Positions 50,325 through 63,139 of a DNA stretch of 64,000 nt are shown in pieces. The notes below the pieces were generated by a model. The model ran no database searches, was not told the DNA's origin, and saw nothing but the letters and a program-made list of their open reading frames with translations. A program made the translations under genes and the position numbers. The DNA comes from Macrostomum hystrix. Taxonomy: Eukaryota; Animalia; Platyhelminthes. Positions within the stretch are counted from its first letter, which is position 1. Each line of letters opens with the position of its first letter. The DNA lies in NCBI GenBank assembly GCA_950097015.1, contig CATNEN010000029.1:186001-250000 (forward strand). The letters are read 5' to 3'.

Positions 50325-50625
50325 TGGGTCAGTGGCATTGCAGTCTAACGCGTTGGCCTCTCGCACCAAGGTCCCTTAAGCTCGATTTCGCGGCGAGGCC
50401 ACATTCATTTGGAGTGCAGCCGCGGAGAGAAGGCTTGGGGGCTTGTCGTGCAATTTATGTCATTGAGGGCCAACCTTTAAGGCACAGTGAGTATATACTG
50501 TCTGAAAATGAGAAACTCAGGGCACATGTACACACCTGTGTGAGAGTGTGCCTGCGTACGGTATCCGTGTGGTGCGTGCTCAGGAGCGAAATGGGCAGAA
50601 TTGCCTTCTCGCGCGTTGGCTCCAG
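50325..50625 (+). mobile_element. SINE family A copy
   Basis: GGGTCAGTGGCA...CTCGCACCAAGGTCCC...GCGAGGCCACATTCATTTGG through GAAATGGGCAGAATTGCC. Confidence 0.88.
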
Positions 50626-51004
50626 GTCTACGAGTAAATCTGTAAATCTGTAAATCTCGTGTAAACAACGCCTGTACACAAGCACTTATTGCAATCTAAA
50701 GAGGTTAAAATTAGTTTGCACAAAAAAGCAGAGAGTGGGTGTGGTTCGCCCTATTCGCTGCATTTCCTGTTGCCACATTTATTAATTGCAAGCGCGCCAG
50801 TGCTCCTGAGAAGAAAGTGTTGCAAAAGGCACAGAGACTCCTCCGGATATGAGGGCTTCATAGGCGGACAGGAAATGAAGCAATCTGAGCAGCTCTGTCC
50901 GCAAAGCAGGGTGTGAAACAGAAGTTTCATTTTCACAGCTTCACTCCTGTATTTATTATTTTTCATTCTTACACTTGTATAGCAGACTGCTGCATTTATT
51001 TACT

Positions 51005-51255
51005 CAATCGGGTCATATGTGCCGCCGACAGCACAGACGCAGCTATAGCGCGGCGCATTTGAAGGCTTGGGAACGGCTGTTCAGTCAATGGACTGGGTGG
51101 ACGCCACACCCCAATTATCCCAGTTGAGATGCTTGGTCTGGGTTGAAATGAAGCAATGCAGAGTTAAGCGTTTTGCTAAAGGACCTTACTAATTATATTG
51201 GTTCAGTGGAGTCGGGAACTGAATCTCAGTCCCGCGCTTAACTACTAGGATATAA
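51005..51255 (-). mobile_element. SINE family B copy
   Basis: Its reverse complement shares TAACTCTGCATTGCTTCA, GGATAATTG, CAGTCCATTGACTGAACAG and TATAGCTGCG...TGTGCTGTCGGC with the 25505 and 39517 copies. Confidence 0.8.
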
Positions 51256-51886
51256 CTAGAGTTGCATGTTTCGTCTCATAGTAGACAAAGACTCGAGTGA
51301 CTGAAAGTGTTAAAACGTAAAATAGATTCGCGATTTTCGATAAATCTGCAGGGCCACACGATAATGTTTATATTATCTTTGACTGAACGAACGCTAGCTA
51401 ATCGCTGCGTGCTTATCGCACGTAAAACGGTCACAGATTATATTTTGCAACATAAAGTTTTTTAGTAGACTGGTGTGAGCTAGCGCTAATATTTATGTTC
51501 AACTAAAAATAAATTATTTGTTTTTGTGTACTATCTTTGAAGACAAATAGTTCAATGCTTTAATTATTTTATTAATTACAATAATTCATTCCGAAGAAGA
51601 CTAAGAATAAAACATTATATCTACAATTTATTATGTAAGTTTGACTATGTAATATGCGAAATTTGTCAAGTCATACTTATGGAATTTATGCTACTTTAGT
51701 TTATATTTTTTATGCAGCTTAGTACTTAATTAAAAAGTCAAAATACTAAATTTGAATGCTGAATTCTTACATAGTATAAAAATTTAAAAGCAACTTTTCT
51801 TAGAAACTTACCACGAGCTCGCAGTCTGCCAGTCTCCCTCTTTACATCCTCTTCAACCTCTTGCACAAATTTTTTGAGTTAAATCA

Positions 51887-52144
51887 ATGGCACCTAATTG
51901 GAAACTTGAAGTGAGCAGAATGCTGTGGTATGTAGCATTTCCAATGCTTTGCTTCGGCTTTGCTGCAGAACCACTTTTTGGCAACAGAGTCAGAGATTAC
52001 TGGAAGCGTGAATATGCTTCTTCGCTGGGCCACGACACAAAGAATAGCCTAAGCGACGAAGAATTTCAAGCCATCTTGCAAAGTCATCATGAAAAGGTGG
52101 TGAGGATGCACAATGAGGTCCGTGCATCTAATATCAGCAAATAA
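51887..52144 (+). CDS. PET100: PET100-like cytochrome c oxidase assembly factor (C-terminal splicing uncertain)
   Basis: The N-terminus WKLEVSRMLWYVAFPMLCF matches the PET100 pattern KLE-x-x-RM-x-x-Y-x-x-FP. Small size and a single TM fit. Confidence 0.65.
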   Translation: MAPNWKLEVSRMLWYVAFPMLCFGFAAEPLFGNRVRDYWKREYASSLGHDTKNSLSDEEFQAILQSHHEKVVRMHNEVRASNISK

Positions 52145-52508
52145 ATTTGGCTGAAGTATCAGATCAGTATCTGAATATCCAAGAGATCGACCAGTACCAG
52201 TGAGGTGAATATATATTGTTTACTTTTTGTTTAACTTAGCAAAAACTCTACATTATGATTTAGTTCAATTAGTTTATTTAGTAATTTTTCATTTAAGACA
52301 TTCTTTGTGATGTTTTACCATGCTCTATGATTTATAAATAAGAAATTAAATATGTCTTTTTAATGTGTTTCTTTTGATATATTTATCCACATCATGTATT
52401 TAAACCAATAAACAGGTAAATTTAGCTCATTTAGGGACATTTAAATATGCATGCACATATAAAGTAAAATATAGAGCCTTAAAATAACAGTTTTAATTAT
52501 AAAGTAGT

Positions 52509-53804
52509 CAGTGTTGGGCAAGTTACTTTAAAAAAGTAACTTCCGGTCAAGTAACTTCCGGTTCTAAAGAAAGTAACTTCCGGTAGTAGTTCCGGTACCG
52601 GCACTCGAAAAAAAAAGTAACTTCCGGTTCTTCGGCACCGGTACTTTCTACTTTTGAAAAATCGCGTGTTAAAGAAGGGCTTAATTATGTTTTGATTATA
52701 AAAAACTAATAATAACATGCCTTTGCAACTGCCAACTTGTCTAGAGTAAAACCAAGTGGAAAATGATTAAATGAAATTATTGAAAACGAAAAATGAATTT
52801 CTGAAAACCTATATTTTTATGGTTTTTGCTTCTTTTCCAGCACTAAGGTTCAATCCTTGCTGTGGCAGTACTTTACCAATTACCACTCAAAAGTTTGGCC
52901 TGCGCAACTAAAAAAGCTGGAAAAAAATTAGATTTGCATGTATTTTACACCATAACATTACATTAAGTTTAAATTTGAATAAAGCGTGCGCAAATAGACT
53001 AAACGTGATCAGTAAAAAATGAAAATTCGAAAATTGAAAAATCGCGGCTCTGTTTGACGATAATTCGCGCCTGCCCTCAGAAATCACATATTCGCGCCTC
53101 AATCACACCACTGAATAACAAACAACACAAGAGTCTTACAAACTAATGACATAAAGTGACAACTCTAAAAAAGTGGAAAGAGTAGCTCTAGTGGTGCTGC
53201 TGCCCTGCTGATAATTAACTTTATTAATTCAATAACCTTTTAAGCCCTGAAAAAACTACTTTGACATTTAGACAATTTAGCCTAGGTTAACAGCTGAGAA
53301 AAAAAGTTTGCATGCTTCTTAAAAGGAACCCCCGTAATTTAAACTTGAAAGCTTTAGCACTAGTGTAAAAGCTGGATATAGACAGTCATATTGTCACAAT
53401 TCACATCAAATGCCTGTTGCCGCGAAGTAGTAGTACAAGGCGGTTTAGTGTCGCGTCGGCAAGAGGTGCTCGCTTTGCTCGAATTAAAAATTTAATTTTT
53501 TAAAGAACCAAAAAGTTGTTAAAATTCACAAACTAAATAAAATTCAAAATTTCTCGGCATTTCTTACGATATTATGAACTGATGATATGAAAATTCTTTC
53601 AATTTGTATGTTTTCTTTACTTTCTTTCTCTTTTTTTTTCTCTGCATTTAAAAAAGTGCCGGAAGCACCGGACTTAACAAAAAGTAACTTCCGATACCCT
53701 AGTCCGGCACTACAAAAAAAAGAACCGGAAAAAAGTGCCGCTTTAAAAAACAGTAACTTCCGGCACAAAAAGTGCCGGAAGTGCCGGAAGGTTGCCCAAC
53801 ACTG
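52509..53804. mobile_element. Non-autonomous hAT-type DNA transposon (1296 bp)
   Basis: 13-bp TIR CAGTGTTGGGCAA...TTGCCCAACACTG. Exact 8-bp TSD AAAGTAGT at 52501-52508 and 53805-53812. Subterminal AAAGTAACTTCCGG repeats at both ends and no transposase ORF. Confidence 0.92.
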
Positions 53805-55050
53805 AAAGTAGTGAGAATAAGAAAATGTTTTTTAATGAGTTAAAAAATCATAATTTCCTAATCATAGAGTTTATTGTATGTTACAAAAATAATTTTTTTA
53901 TTTAATTTTGTTATTGGATTGTAATTAAAATGGCTTAGTTATGTTAAATAAAATTCAATATTCTATTTATCTAAGAAAACAAAGCTTTTAAAAATAACAT
54001 ATTGCTTAATTTGTAAATGTAAAAGTTTTTTCTATATGAAAATAACTGAGCTTGTCTAACATAAATTTAGTTTTTCTTCAAGTTGTATATCAGAATTCTT
54101 TATCTGCCTAGCATATATTTAGGAGAGCCAGTCAGCTTATGCTGGTCTAGATTCTATAAAGTGGTGGTTTTTTCTTATTATCTCTTATTCTTTGTCTTTT
54201 GTAATATAGTTCTCCTAGTCTTGACTATTTCTTAATTACTGTTGTATTGAAAAATTATGAATGTGCTTGGCTATAAATACCTGTATATTAGATTATATAA
54301 ATTGTTATTAACCACATTTCAGACCCAGGCTATTTTGGAACTAAAAGAAAATTGTCTGCTTGGAATGAAGCTGACCCTTGCAGTTGAAATTGTACTTTCT
54401 AAATAAGTTACTTTTCTTGTTCTGTTGTTTGAAATTGTTGTATAGCCTGCTCTTATTATTGTGCACTACATTAGTTGCTAAGTTGTTGCTAATGTGAGAT
54501 GAATTGACATGATATACATTTTCTATTGCTAAATTATAAACAATTTGTTTGAATAGTAGTTAAAGGCACAAATTCTAATAGAAAATCGGAATAATTTACC
54601 TAAAATTAAAGTTTCAACTTTGAGAGATAATTAAAAAAAGTAAATGTCAAATTTCACTTATTTAAAAAAAATAAACTTCAGAAATCAGAAAAGAACTAAC
54701 AAACTTTTTGCTTTGATTCGACCCACTTGATGTAATAAGCTTAATTAGAAAAAATGCTACTTCAAAGGAAGTAGTTTTTGTGCATTCATTTTTGGCTTAA
54801 GTGAATTTAAAGAACTCATGTTTTCTATCGTATTTAAAGTAGTATAATTTATTTTTTACTAAACAATGCATATTGCACTCTACCTTCTAGGTTTACTGTA
54901 AGTAGCAACATCGGCATTCTTAGCCACTGCTTGTGAAACTTGTTGCTTTTGAAATGTATACTAAGTTAAACTAAAAGTACTTTCTCTGACTTGTGCTGCT
55001 GATTTAAATCATTAGCAAGGATTCTCTTTAAAAAGCTTTCGGCCTCTCAG

Positions 55051-55999
55051 TCACCTAAGGCTCACATTATTTAAGTGATAGCCATTGAGCTGAGGCAGTC
55101 GCAGGTCTGATTGGATTATACCTGTCCAGTCATGCAGACTGGCCTCAGAGAGAGCCAAAATGTCACCTGATGACGGCTGCTGTGATCGTATGAGCGGAGT
55201 TGTCTTAGACAGTCTTACAGATAGAGGATAAGCGAGGATTTCTAATTCATTGTTGGCCTGCCTGTTTGTGCCTGTACCGATAAAAGGGCAGGCCGCAATT
55301 GATGATGAAGCACCGTGGCTGCTGTTTGTGACCGCAGCTGCAGTTGCTTCTGTGTGCAGTTTTGCATCATTGGAACACTCCCGTGTGCACTACTAAATTG
55401 CATGGCTAATGTGCATTTTGGTTGCACGGTAGCTTTGCTTCGCTTGAGATCGTTTTCTCTCCTTACCTTTTGATTCGCCAAGTGAAATAAAAATTTCTGT
55501 CTCATATTTCCAAGTTGCATACGCTTTGGTATATGCCATCTGCAGGTATTCTCAGCCCTTTTTAGCCCAGTTTCATTTCACTAGGCTGTCTGCCCGCCTG
55601 TCCGTCGCGTAAATAATATGTGCACTAGTTTAAGTTTATGCCCGCGTTTCTACTGCCGATAAAAGGATTGAGTTCGGGTTGAGCTTTTATGCCGTCACTC
55701 CAGCTGTGCTGAGAGTTGCTTGAGACTAGGCACCCGCACCCTTGAAAACTCAACAGGAAAAACGCGTAAAATGTGCATAAAATCAAATATTAACTGCTTT
55801 TAATACAAGTTTCACCTTGTTATTTGGAGCTTCTTGGTCCCTTCAGACGTGTAGTCTTGCTGGGCCAAGTGTACAGCCAGTGGCACAGCCGCGGCTATTG
55901 CGCGGCTCTTCCAAAAGGCAGTGTACAGCTGATCAGTCCTTGGACTGTGGAGGCCGCCAGGCCCGCCACACCTACCCGAATTTCTAAGCCAGTTGATCC
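55051..55999 (-). CDS. Putative spliced gene of unknown function, 3' exons only
   Basis: Exons 55999 (or 55971)-55816, 55539-55467 and 55389-55051 join in phase with GT-AG. The last intron is 77 nt and the last exon is a 113-codon open frame. No family recognised and the 5' end is unresolved. Confidence 0.45.
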
Positions 56000-56084
56000 C
56001 TAAAGTATTAGGGAATGATGAGATGAATAATAATAATAGTTGCTGGGGGACTGTGGGAAATGGCACGTTATTTGGTGGCCTAGG

Positions 56085-56385
56085 CACAGCCGGAGAGCAG
56101 GCGATTCTGCCCATTTCGCTGGCTCCTGAGCACACGCACACAGATACCGTACGCAGGCATACACTCACGCATGGGTGAGTTCAGATCAGTGCACGATCAA
56201 ACAGGTTTCTCATTGTCAAACAGTGTACACTCACTGTGCCTTGGAGGTTGGCCCTCAGGGCGTAGATTGCGCGACAGGACCCCAAGCCTTCTCTCCGCGG
56301 CTGCGCCCCAAATGAACGTGGCCTCGCCGCGGATTCGAGCTAAGGAACATCGGTGCAAGAAACGGACGAGTTACCGATCCGCTAC
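56085..56385 (-). mobile_element. SINE family A copy
   Basis: Reverse complement of the family body (TGCCTGCGTACGGTATCTGTGTG, GAGAGAAGGCTTGGG, CTCGAATCCGCGGCGAGGCCAC). Confidence 0.87.
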
Positions 56386-58309
56386 ACCACCTAAGAACTG
56401 GCTTTCAACTTGATTTTCTTATTATTCGTAATACGAGTATGATGCTGGATAAATCAGTTGCATTTTTCCACCAATTTATAACAATGTGCACGACACTCAA
56501 AACTTACAAAAAACTAATTATTTACCAATGTCAACCCCAATTCATATGCGTGTGTCATCGTTTCACATGATGTTGGACGCAATATGCAATGACCAGAGGC
56601 ATAATGGATGGTGACTGTCCTGTCAGAAGAGGTGCACTCTCTCAAAAAGTGTCTGCATTGCCCAAGGCGGTTGCTATGCAAGCAGATCCATTCAGCGGAG
56701 CATTGTCTCTTAATTGAGCTTCAATCAGGCTGCCATAATTCAGTTTCTGGCTCTATTTGAGCACTAGGCCTCTTCCTTTATCTTCTCTCATCTAAAGATG
56801 AGAGATGCATCGCTTTTATGACTTGCTTTGACTAATAGCGAATCGAGACTCGTCAAAGGGCTTTACCTTGCGGGCCTTGCGTCTCCTTTGTCGACTACTT
56901 TAGTGCGGCGATGAATTGGCTCCGTGACTGGGCATTGAATTTCCCCTCAGCTGCCAAGCGGTTCGGCGTCGCGCAGTTCCGCCATGACGAGTGAGCTCAG
57001 GCTGCCCCAAATTTTAATAACCGCTTTTTGGTTTAATTTACGAGTTACTCCCGCAAACACGCTTTATTGCGTGTTCTTCAAAGTCAGTGTTCCAGACCAG
57101 GCCCACGCTTCCTTGTCTTTATAGAATTGTATTGCACAAGATATTAACTATCACATCGTCCAACTATGTTTAATTGAAAATGCTGTATTATACGAGCATT
57201 AATAGCCACTGCCTACTTCACGATAGCTCCCAAACCGAATGACCGAATGACCAATAATTAACAATATAATCAACAAAATTTGCCGACACGATTACACTAA
57301 GAAATATTGTAAGCTGAAAATTTATGGATTTTTGCCTGTGTTCTGGATTTTAATGGCGATTGGTTGAATGTTTTGGGAGATACAGAAAAAAGAAAGATGT
57401 GGGTGTTGGAAATACCACGATCGTGGTCTTTCTACAGTTAATAATTTTTTGGGTGAGTTCGATGCGCTTTTACAAACTGGTGGACTATGTAGGGTGGCAT
57501 TCACTGCAAGTTAAAAAAACTCACTGCAGCATCACTTTGATCGAACTCTACAGGAAAGTTTCTGGTCTAGCATTTGTATGGATTGGATGGATTTGCTCTG
57601 AATGTATAGCATCAATGTTCAACCGGATTTAGTCGTCAAATTTTCCTGTAAATCATTTTCCGTAATTGTCTAGCGTTGCCTAAACTGGTCGCTCCTCTAA
57701 ACTGAGTGGCTATATGTTCTATAAGCTCCGGTGCACTCAACGTACACTTTAGAGTGAAGGTGAAGCTTCAGATTCTTCACTAAAAGCAAAATCCTGAGGT
57801 GGGGCTAATCGATCCATTAGAACGTTGAGCATGTGACGCTGAAAAAGATGCTACCTGACCGAGCTATTCCCATTTCAGGCAAAAAATGTCACCCATTTGT
57901 AAAGCCTGCTTCATGCTCTGCCTAACTCTGTTAATCTCTCTTCTGTGGGATTTTTAGTCGAAATGCCTTGCTTGAGCTCAGTATTAATTCTCATTTTGAA
58001 ATTAGAACTTTCGTTGGCTCAGGGAAGGTCCACTCCTCACTCCGCACTTCTCTTAGAGGAACCAAACGACAGATCGTGGAAATAAAGTTGAGCCTAATCA
58101 GCAGCTTACGAGGGTAGGAATCGTAATAAAAATATCAACTGTTCGTCGCGACACATGACGTGGATAAAACTATTCATGGCAGGGAGGTCCAAAGAACTGT
58201 GCCAAATCCAACTAAACCTTGACTTGCCGTAGAACTTAGATAAGCTACTAGTTGAATTCGCATATATTACGAGTACTGTAGTCTATGGGTAAGTTGTCTA
58301 AGAGGTAAT

Positions 58310-61300
58310 GGATACTAAGGGTGAACTGGAGGTAATGGATTCTGGATGTGAACTGAACTGGAGGTAATGGATACTGGATGTGAACTGAATTGGAGGTAAT
58401 GGATTCTGGATGTGAATGAACTGGAGGTAATGGATTCTGGAGGTGAACTGAATTGGTGGCAATGGATTCTGGAGGTGAACTGAATTGGTGGCAATGGATT
58501 CTGGAGGTGAACTGAATTGGTGGCAATGGATTCTGGAGGTGAACTGAACTGGAGTTAATGGATTCTGGATGTAAACTGAACTGGAGGTAATGGATTCTGG
58601 AGGTGAACTGAACTGGAGGTATTGGATTCTGGAGGTGAACTGAATTGGAGGTAATGGATTCTGGAGGTGAACTGAACTGGAGGTAATAGATTCTGGATGT
58701 GAACTGAACTGGTGGTAATGGATTCTGGATGTGAACTGAACTGGAGGTAATGGATTCTGGAGGTGAACTGAACTGGAGGTAATGGATTCTGGATGTGAAC
58801 TGAATTGGTGGCAATGGATTCTGGAGGTGAACTGAATTGGTGGCAATGGATTCTGGGTGTGAACTGAATTGGAGGTAATGGATTCTGGATGTGAACTGAA
58901 TTGGAGGTAATGGATTCTGGAGGTGAACTGAACTGGAGGTAATGGATTCTGGAGGTGAACTGAACTGGTGGTAATGGATTCTGGATGTGAACAGAATTGG
59001 TGGCAATCGATACTGGAGGTGAACTGAATTGCTGGCAATGGATTCTGGAGGTGAACTGAATTGGTGGTAATGGATTCTGGAGGTGAACTGAATTGGTGGC
59101 AATGGATAATGGAGGTGAACTGAATTGGTGGCAATGGATACTGGAGGTGAACTGAATTTGTGGCAATGGATTCTGGGTGTGAACTGAATTGGAGGTAATG
59201 GATTCTGGATGTGAACTGAATTGGTGGCAATGGATTCTGGGTGTGAACTTAATTGGTGGCAATGGATACTGGAGGTGAACTGAATTGGTGGCAATGGATT
59301 CTGGAGGTGAACTGAATTGCTGGCAATGGATTCTGGAGGTGAACTGAATTGGTGACAATGGATTCTGGATGTGAACTGAATTGGTGGTAATGGATTCTGG
59401 AGGTGGAAGAACTGGAGTTAATGGATTCTGGATGTGAACTGAATTGGTAGCAATGGATACTTGAGGTGAACTGAATTGGTGGCAATGGATTCTGGAGGTG
59501 AACTGAATTGGTGGCAATGGATAATGGGTGTGAACTGAATTGGTGGCAATGGATTCTGGATGTGAACTGAACTGGAGTTAATGGATACTGGATGTGAACT
59601 GAATTGGTGACAATGGATTCTGGAGGTGAACTGAATTGGTAGCAATGGATTCTGGAGGTGAACTGAATTGGTGACAATGGATTCTGGAGGTGAACTGAAT
59701 TGGTGACAATGGATACTGGAGGTGAACTGAATTGGTGGCAATGGATTCTGGAGGTGAACTGAATTGGTGGCAATGGATACTGGGTGTGAACTGAATTGGT
59801 GGCAATGGATTCTGGATGTGAACTGAACTGGAGTTAATGGATTCTGGGTGTGAACTGAATTGGTGGCAATGGATACTGGATGTGAACTGAATTGGTGGTA
59901 ATGGATTCTGGAGGTGAACTGAATTGGTGGCAATGGATTCTGGATGTGAACTGAATTGGTGACAATGGATACTGGAGGTGAACTGAATTGCTGGCAATGG
60001 ATTCTGGAGGTGAACTGAATTGGTAGCAATGGATTCTGGAGGTGAACTGAATTGGTGACAATGGATTCTGGAGGTGAACTGAATTGGTGACAATGGATAC
60101 TGGAGGTGAACTGAATTGGTGGCAATGGATTCTGGAGGTGAACTGAATTGGTGGCAATGGATTCTGGAGGTGAACTGAATTGGTGACAATGGATTCTGGA
60201 GGTGAACTGAATTGGTGACAATGGATACTGGAGGTGAACTGAATTGGTGGCAATGGATTCTGGAGGTGAACTGAATTGGTGGCAATGGATTCTGGATGTG
60301 AACTGAACTGGAGTTAATGGATTCTGGATGTGAACTGAATTGGTGACAATGGATTCTGGAGGTGAACTGAATTGGTAGCAATGGATTCTGGAGGTGAACT
60401 GAATTGGTGACAATGGATACTGGAGGTGAACTGAATTGGTGGTAATGGATTCTGGAGGTGAACTGAATTGGTGACAATGGATACTGGAGGTGAACTGAAT
60501 TGGTGGTAATGGATTCTGGAGGTGAACTGAACTGGATTTAATGGATTCTGGAGGTGAACTGAATTGGTGACAATGGATTCTGGAGGTGAACTGAATTGGT
60601 GGCAATGGATACTGGAGGTGAACTGAATTGGTGACAATGGATACCGGAGGTGAACTGAATTGGTGGTAATGGATTCTGGAGGTGAACTGAATTGGTGGTA
60701 ATGGATTCTGGAGGTGAACTGAATTGGTGACAATGGATACTGGAGGTGAACTGAATTGGTGGCAATGGATACTGGAGGTGAACTGAATTGGTGACAATGG
60801 ATACTGGAGGTGAACTGAATTGCTGGCAATGGATTCTGGAGGTGAACAGAATTGGTGGCAATGGATTCTGGAGGTGAACTGAATTGCTGGCACTGGATTC
60901 TGGGTGTGAACTGAATTGGAGTTAATGGATTCTGGATGTGAACTGAATTGGTGGTAATGGATTCTGGAGGTGAACTGAACTGGAGGTAATGGATTCTGGA
61001 GGTGAACTGAACTGGTGGTAATGGATTCTGGATGTGAACAGAATTGGTGGCAATCGATACTGGAGGTGAACTGAATTGGTGGCAATGGATTCTGGAGGTG
61101 AACTGAATTGGTGGCAATGGATTCTGGAGGTGAACTGAACTGGAGTTAATGGATTCTGGAGGTGAACTGAACTGGAGGTAATGGATTCTGGAGGTGAACT
61201 GAACTGGAGGTAATGGATTCTGGAGGTGAACTGAACTGGTGGTAATGGATTCTGGATGTGAACAGAATTGGTGGCAATCGATACTGGAGGTGAACTGAAT

Positions 61301-62730
61301 TGGTGGCAATGGATTCTGGAGGTGAACTGAATTGGTGGCAATGGATTCTGGAGGTGAACTGAACTGGAGTTAATGGATTCTGGAGGTGAACTGAACTGGA
61401 GGTATTGGATTCTGGAGGTGAACTGAATTGGAGGTAATGGATTCTGGAGGTGAACTGAACTGGAGGTAATGGATTCTGGAGGTGAACTGAACTGGTGGTA
61501 ATGCATTCTGGATGTGAACAGAATTGGTGGCAATCGATACTGGAGGTGAACTGAATTGGTGGCAATGGATACTGGAGGTGAACTGAATTGGTGGCAATGG
61601 ATACTGGAGGTGAACTGAATTGGTGGCAATGGATACTGGAGGTGAATTGATTTTGTGGCAATGGATTCTGGGTGTGAACTGAATTGGAGGTAATGGATTC
61701 TGGATGTGAACTGAATTGGTGGCAATGGATTCTAGGTGTGAACTGAATTGGAGGTAATGGATTCTGGATGTGAACTGAATTGGTGGCAATGGATTCTGGA
61801 TGTGAACTGAATTGGTGGCAATGGATTCTGGGTGTGAACTGAATTGGAGGTAATGGATTCTGGATGTGAACTTAATTGGTGGCAATGGATACTGGAGGTG
61901 AACTGAATTGGAGGTAATGGATTCTGGAGGTGAACTGAATTAGTGGCAATGGATTCTGGAGGTGAACTGAATTAGTGACAATGGATTCTGAATGTGAACT
62001 GAATTGGTGGTAATGGATTCTGGAGGTGAACTGAACTGGAGTTAATGGATTCTGGATGTGAACTGAATTGGTGGCAATGGATACTGGAGGTGAACTTAAT
62101 TGGTGGCAATGGATTCTGGATGTGAACTGAATTGGTGGTAATGGATTCTGGAGGTGAACTGAACTGGTGGTAATGGATTCTGGATGTGAACAGAATTGGT
62201 GGCAATGGATTCTGGAGGTGAACTGAATTGGTGGCAATGGATACTGGAGGTGAACTGAATTGGTGGCAATGGATTCTGGAGGTGAACTGAACTGGAGGTA
62301 ATGGATTCTGGAGGTGAACTGAATTGCTGGCAATGGATTCTGGAGGTGAACTGAATTGGTGGCAATGGATACTGGAGGTGAACTGAATTGGTGGCAATGG
62401 ATTCTGGAGGTGAACTGAATTGGTGGCAATGGATACTGGAGGTGAACTGAATTGGTGGTAATGGATTCTGGAGGTGAACTGAATTGGTGGCAATGGATTC
62501 TGGAGGTGAACTGAATTGGTGGTAATGGATTCTGGAGGTGAACTGAATTGGTGGCAATGGATTCTGGAGGTGAACTGAATTGGTGGTAATGGATTCTGGA
62601 GGTGAACTGAATTGGTGGCAATGGATACTGGAGGTGAACTGAATTGGTGGCAATGGATACTGGAGGTGAACTGAATTGGTGACAATGGATTCTGGATATG
62701 AACTTAATTGGTTTTAATGGATACTAGAGG
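58310..62730. repeat. 32-bp minisatellite (GGATTCTGGAGGTGAACTGAATTGGTGGCAAT)n
   Basis: About 138 units with period 32. ORF translations rotate frames, as expected for a non-triplet period. Confidence 0.98.
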
Positions 62731-63139
62731 TGATCTAAATAGGAGTGTGAAAAAATTGGCACCATCAAATTGTACCTACAATTTGAAAAATTCCTGATAA
62801 GCACTCAGAGTTTTTGGATTCTTTGCTCCCACAAAGCAACTGAAAAAATGGCTCTTTAATTGCTACAAGAAGCAATGTATGAGGAAAAATATTTTTTTCA
62901 TGTAACACAGCCTTTGTGATCGCTACAAGAGCAAATTGGTCGTGTTTTTGCAAGCACATTCTAACTCAGTTTTTTTCTGTTTTGTCTGATCTTGTCAGTT
63001 TTTTAATCTGTATAAATTAGAATTTTGATAATTTAAATTCGCACCTTTCTACCAGACGGGTACACTAAATGACCATCGCACTTTCATGTATACGATGAAT
63101 AGTTGTGTACTAATTACAACATCCTTAGCAATTGAGAAA

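Noticed and set aside
56867-56985. ATG frame with an in-frame TGA before a good donor, as a possible selenoprotein
   Set aside because: No selenoprotein motif (CxxU or similar) and no SECIS identified; exon assignment is uncertain.
58248-62685. Many overlapping ORFs in the 32-bp array
   Set aside because: Frame-rotating translations of a non-triplet repeat, broken at sporadic variants; not protein-like.
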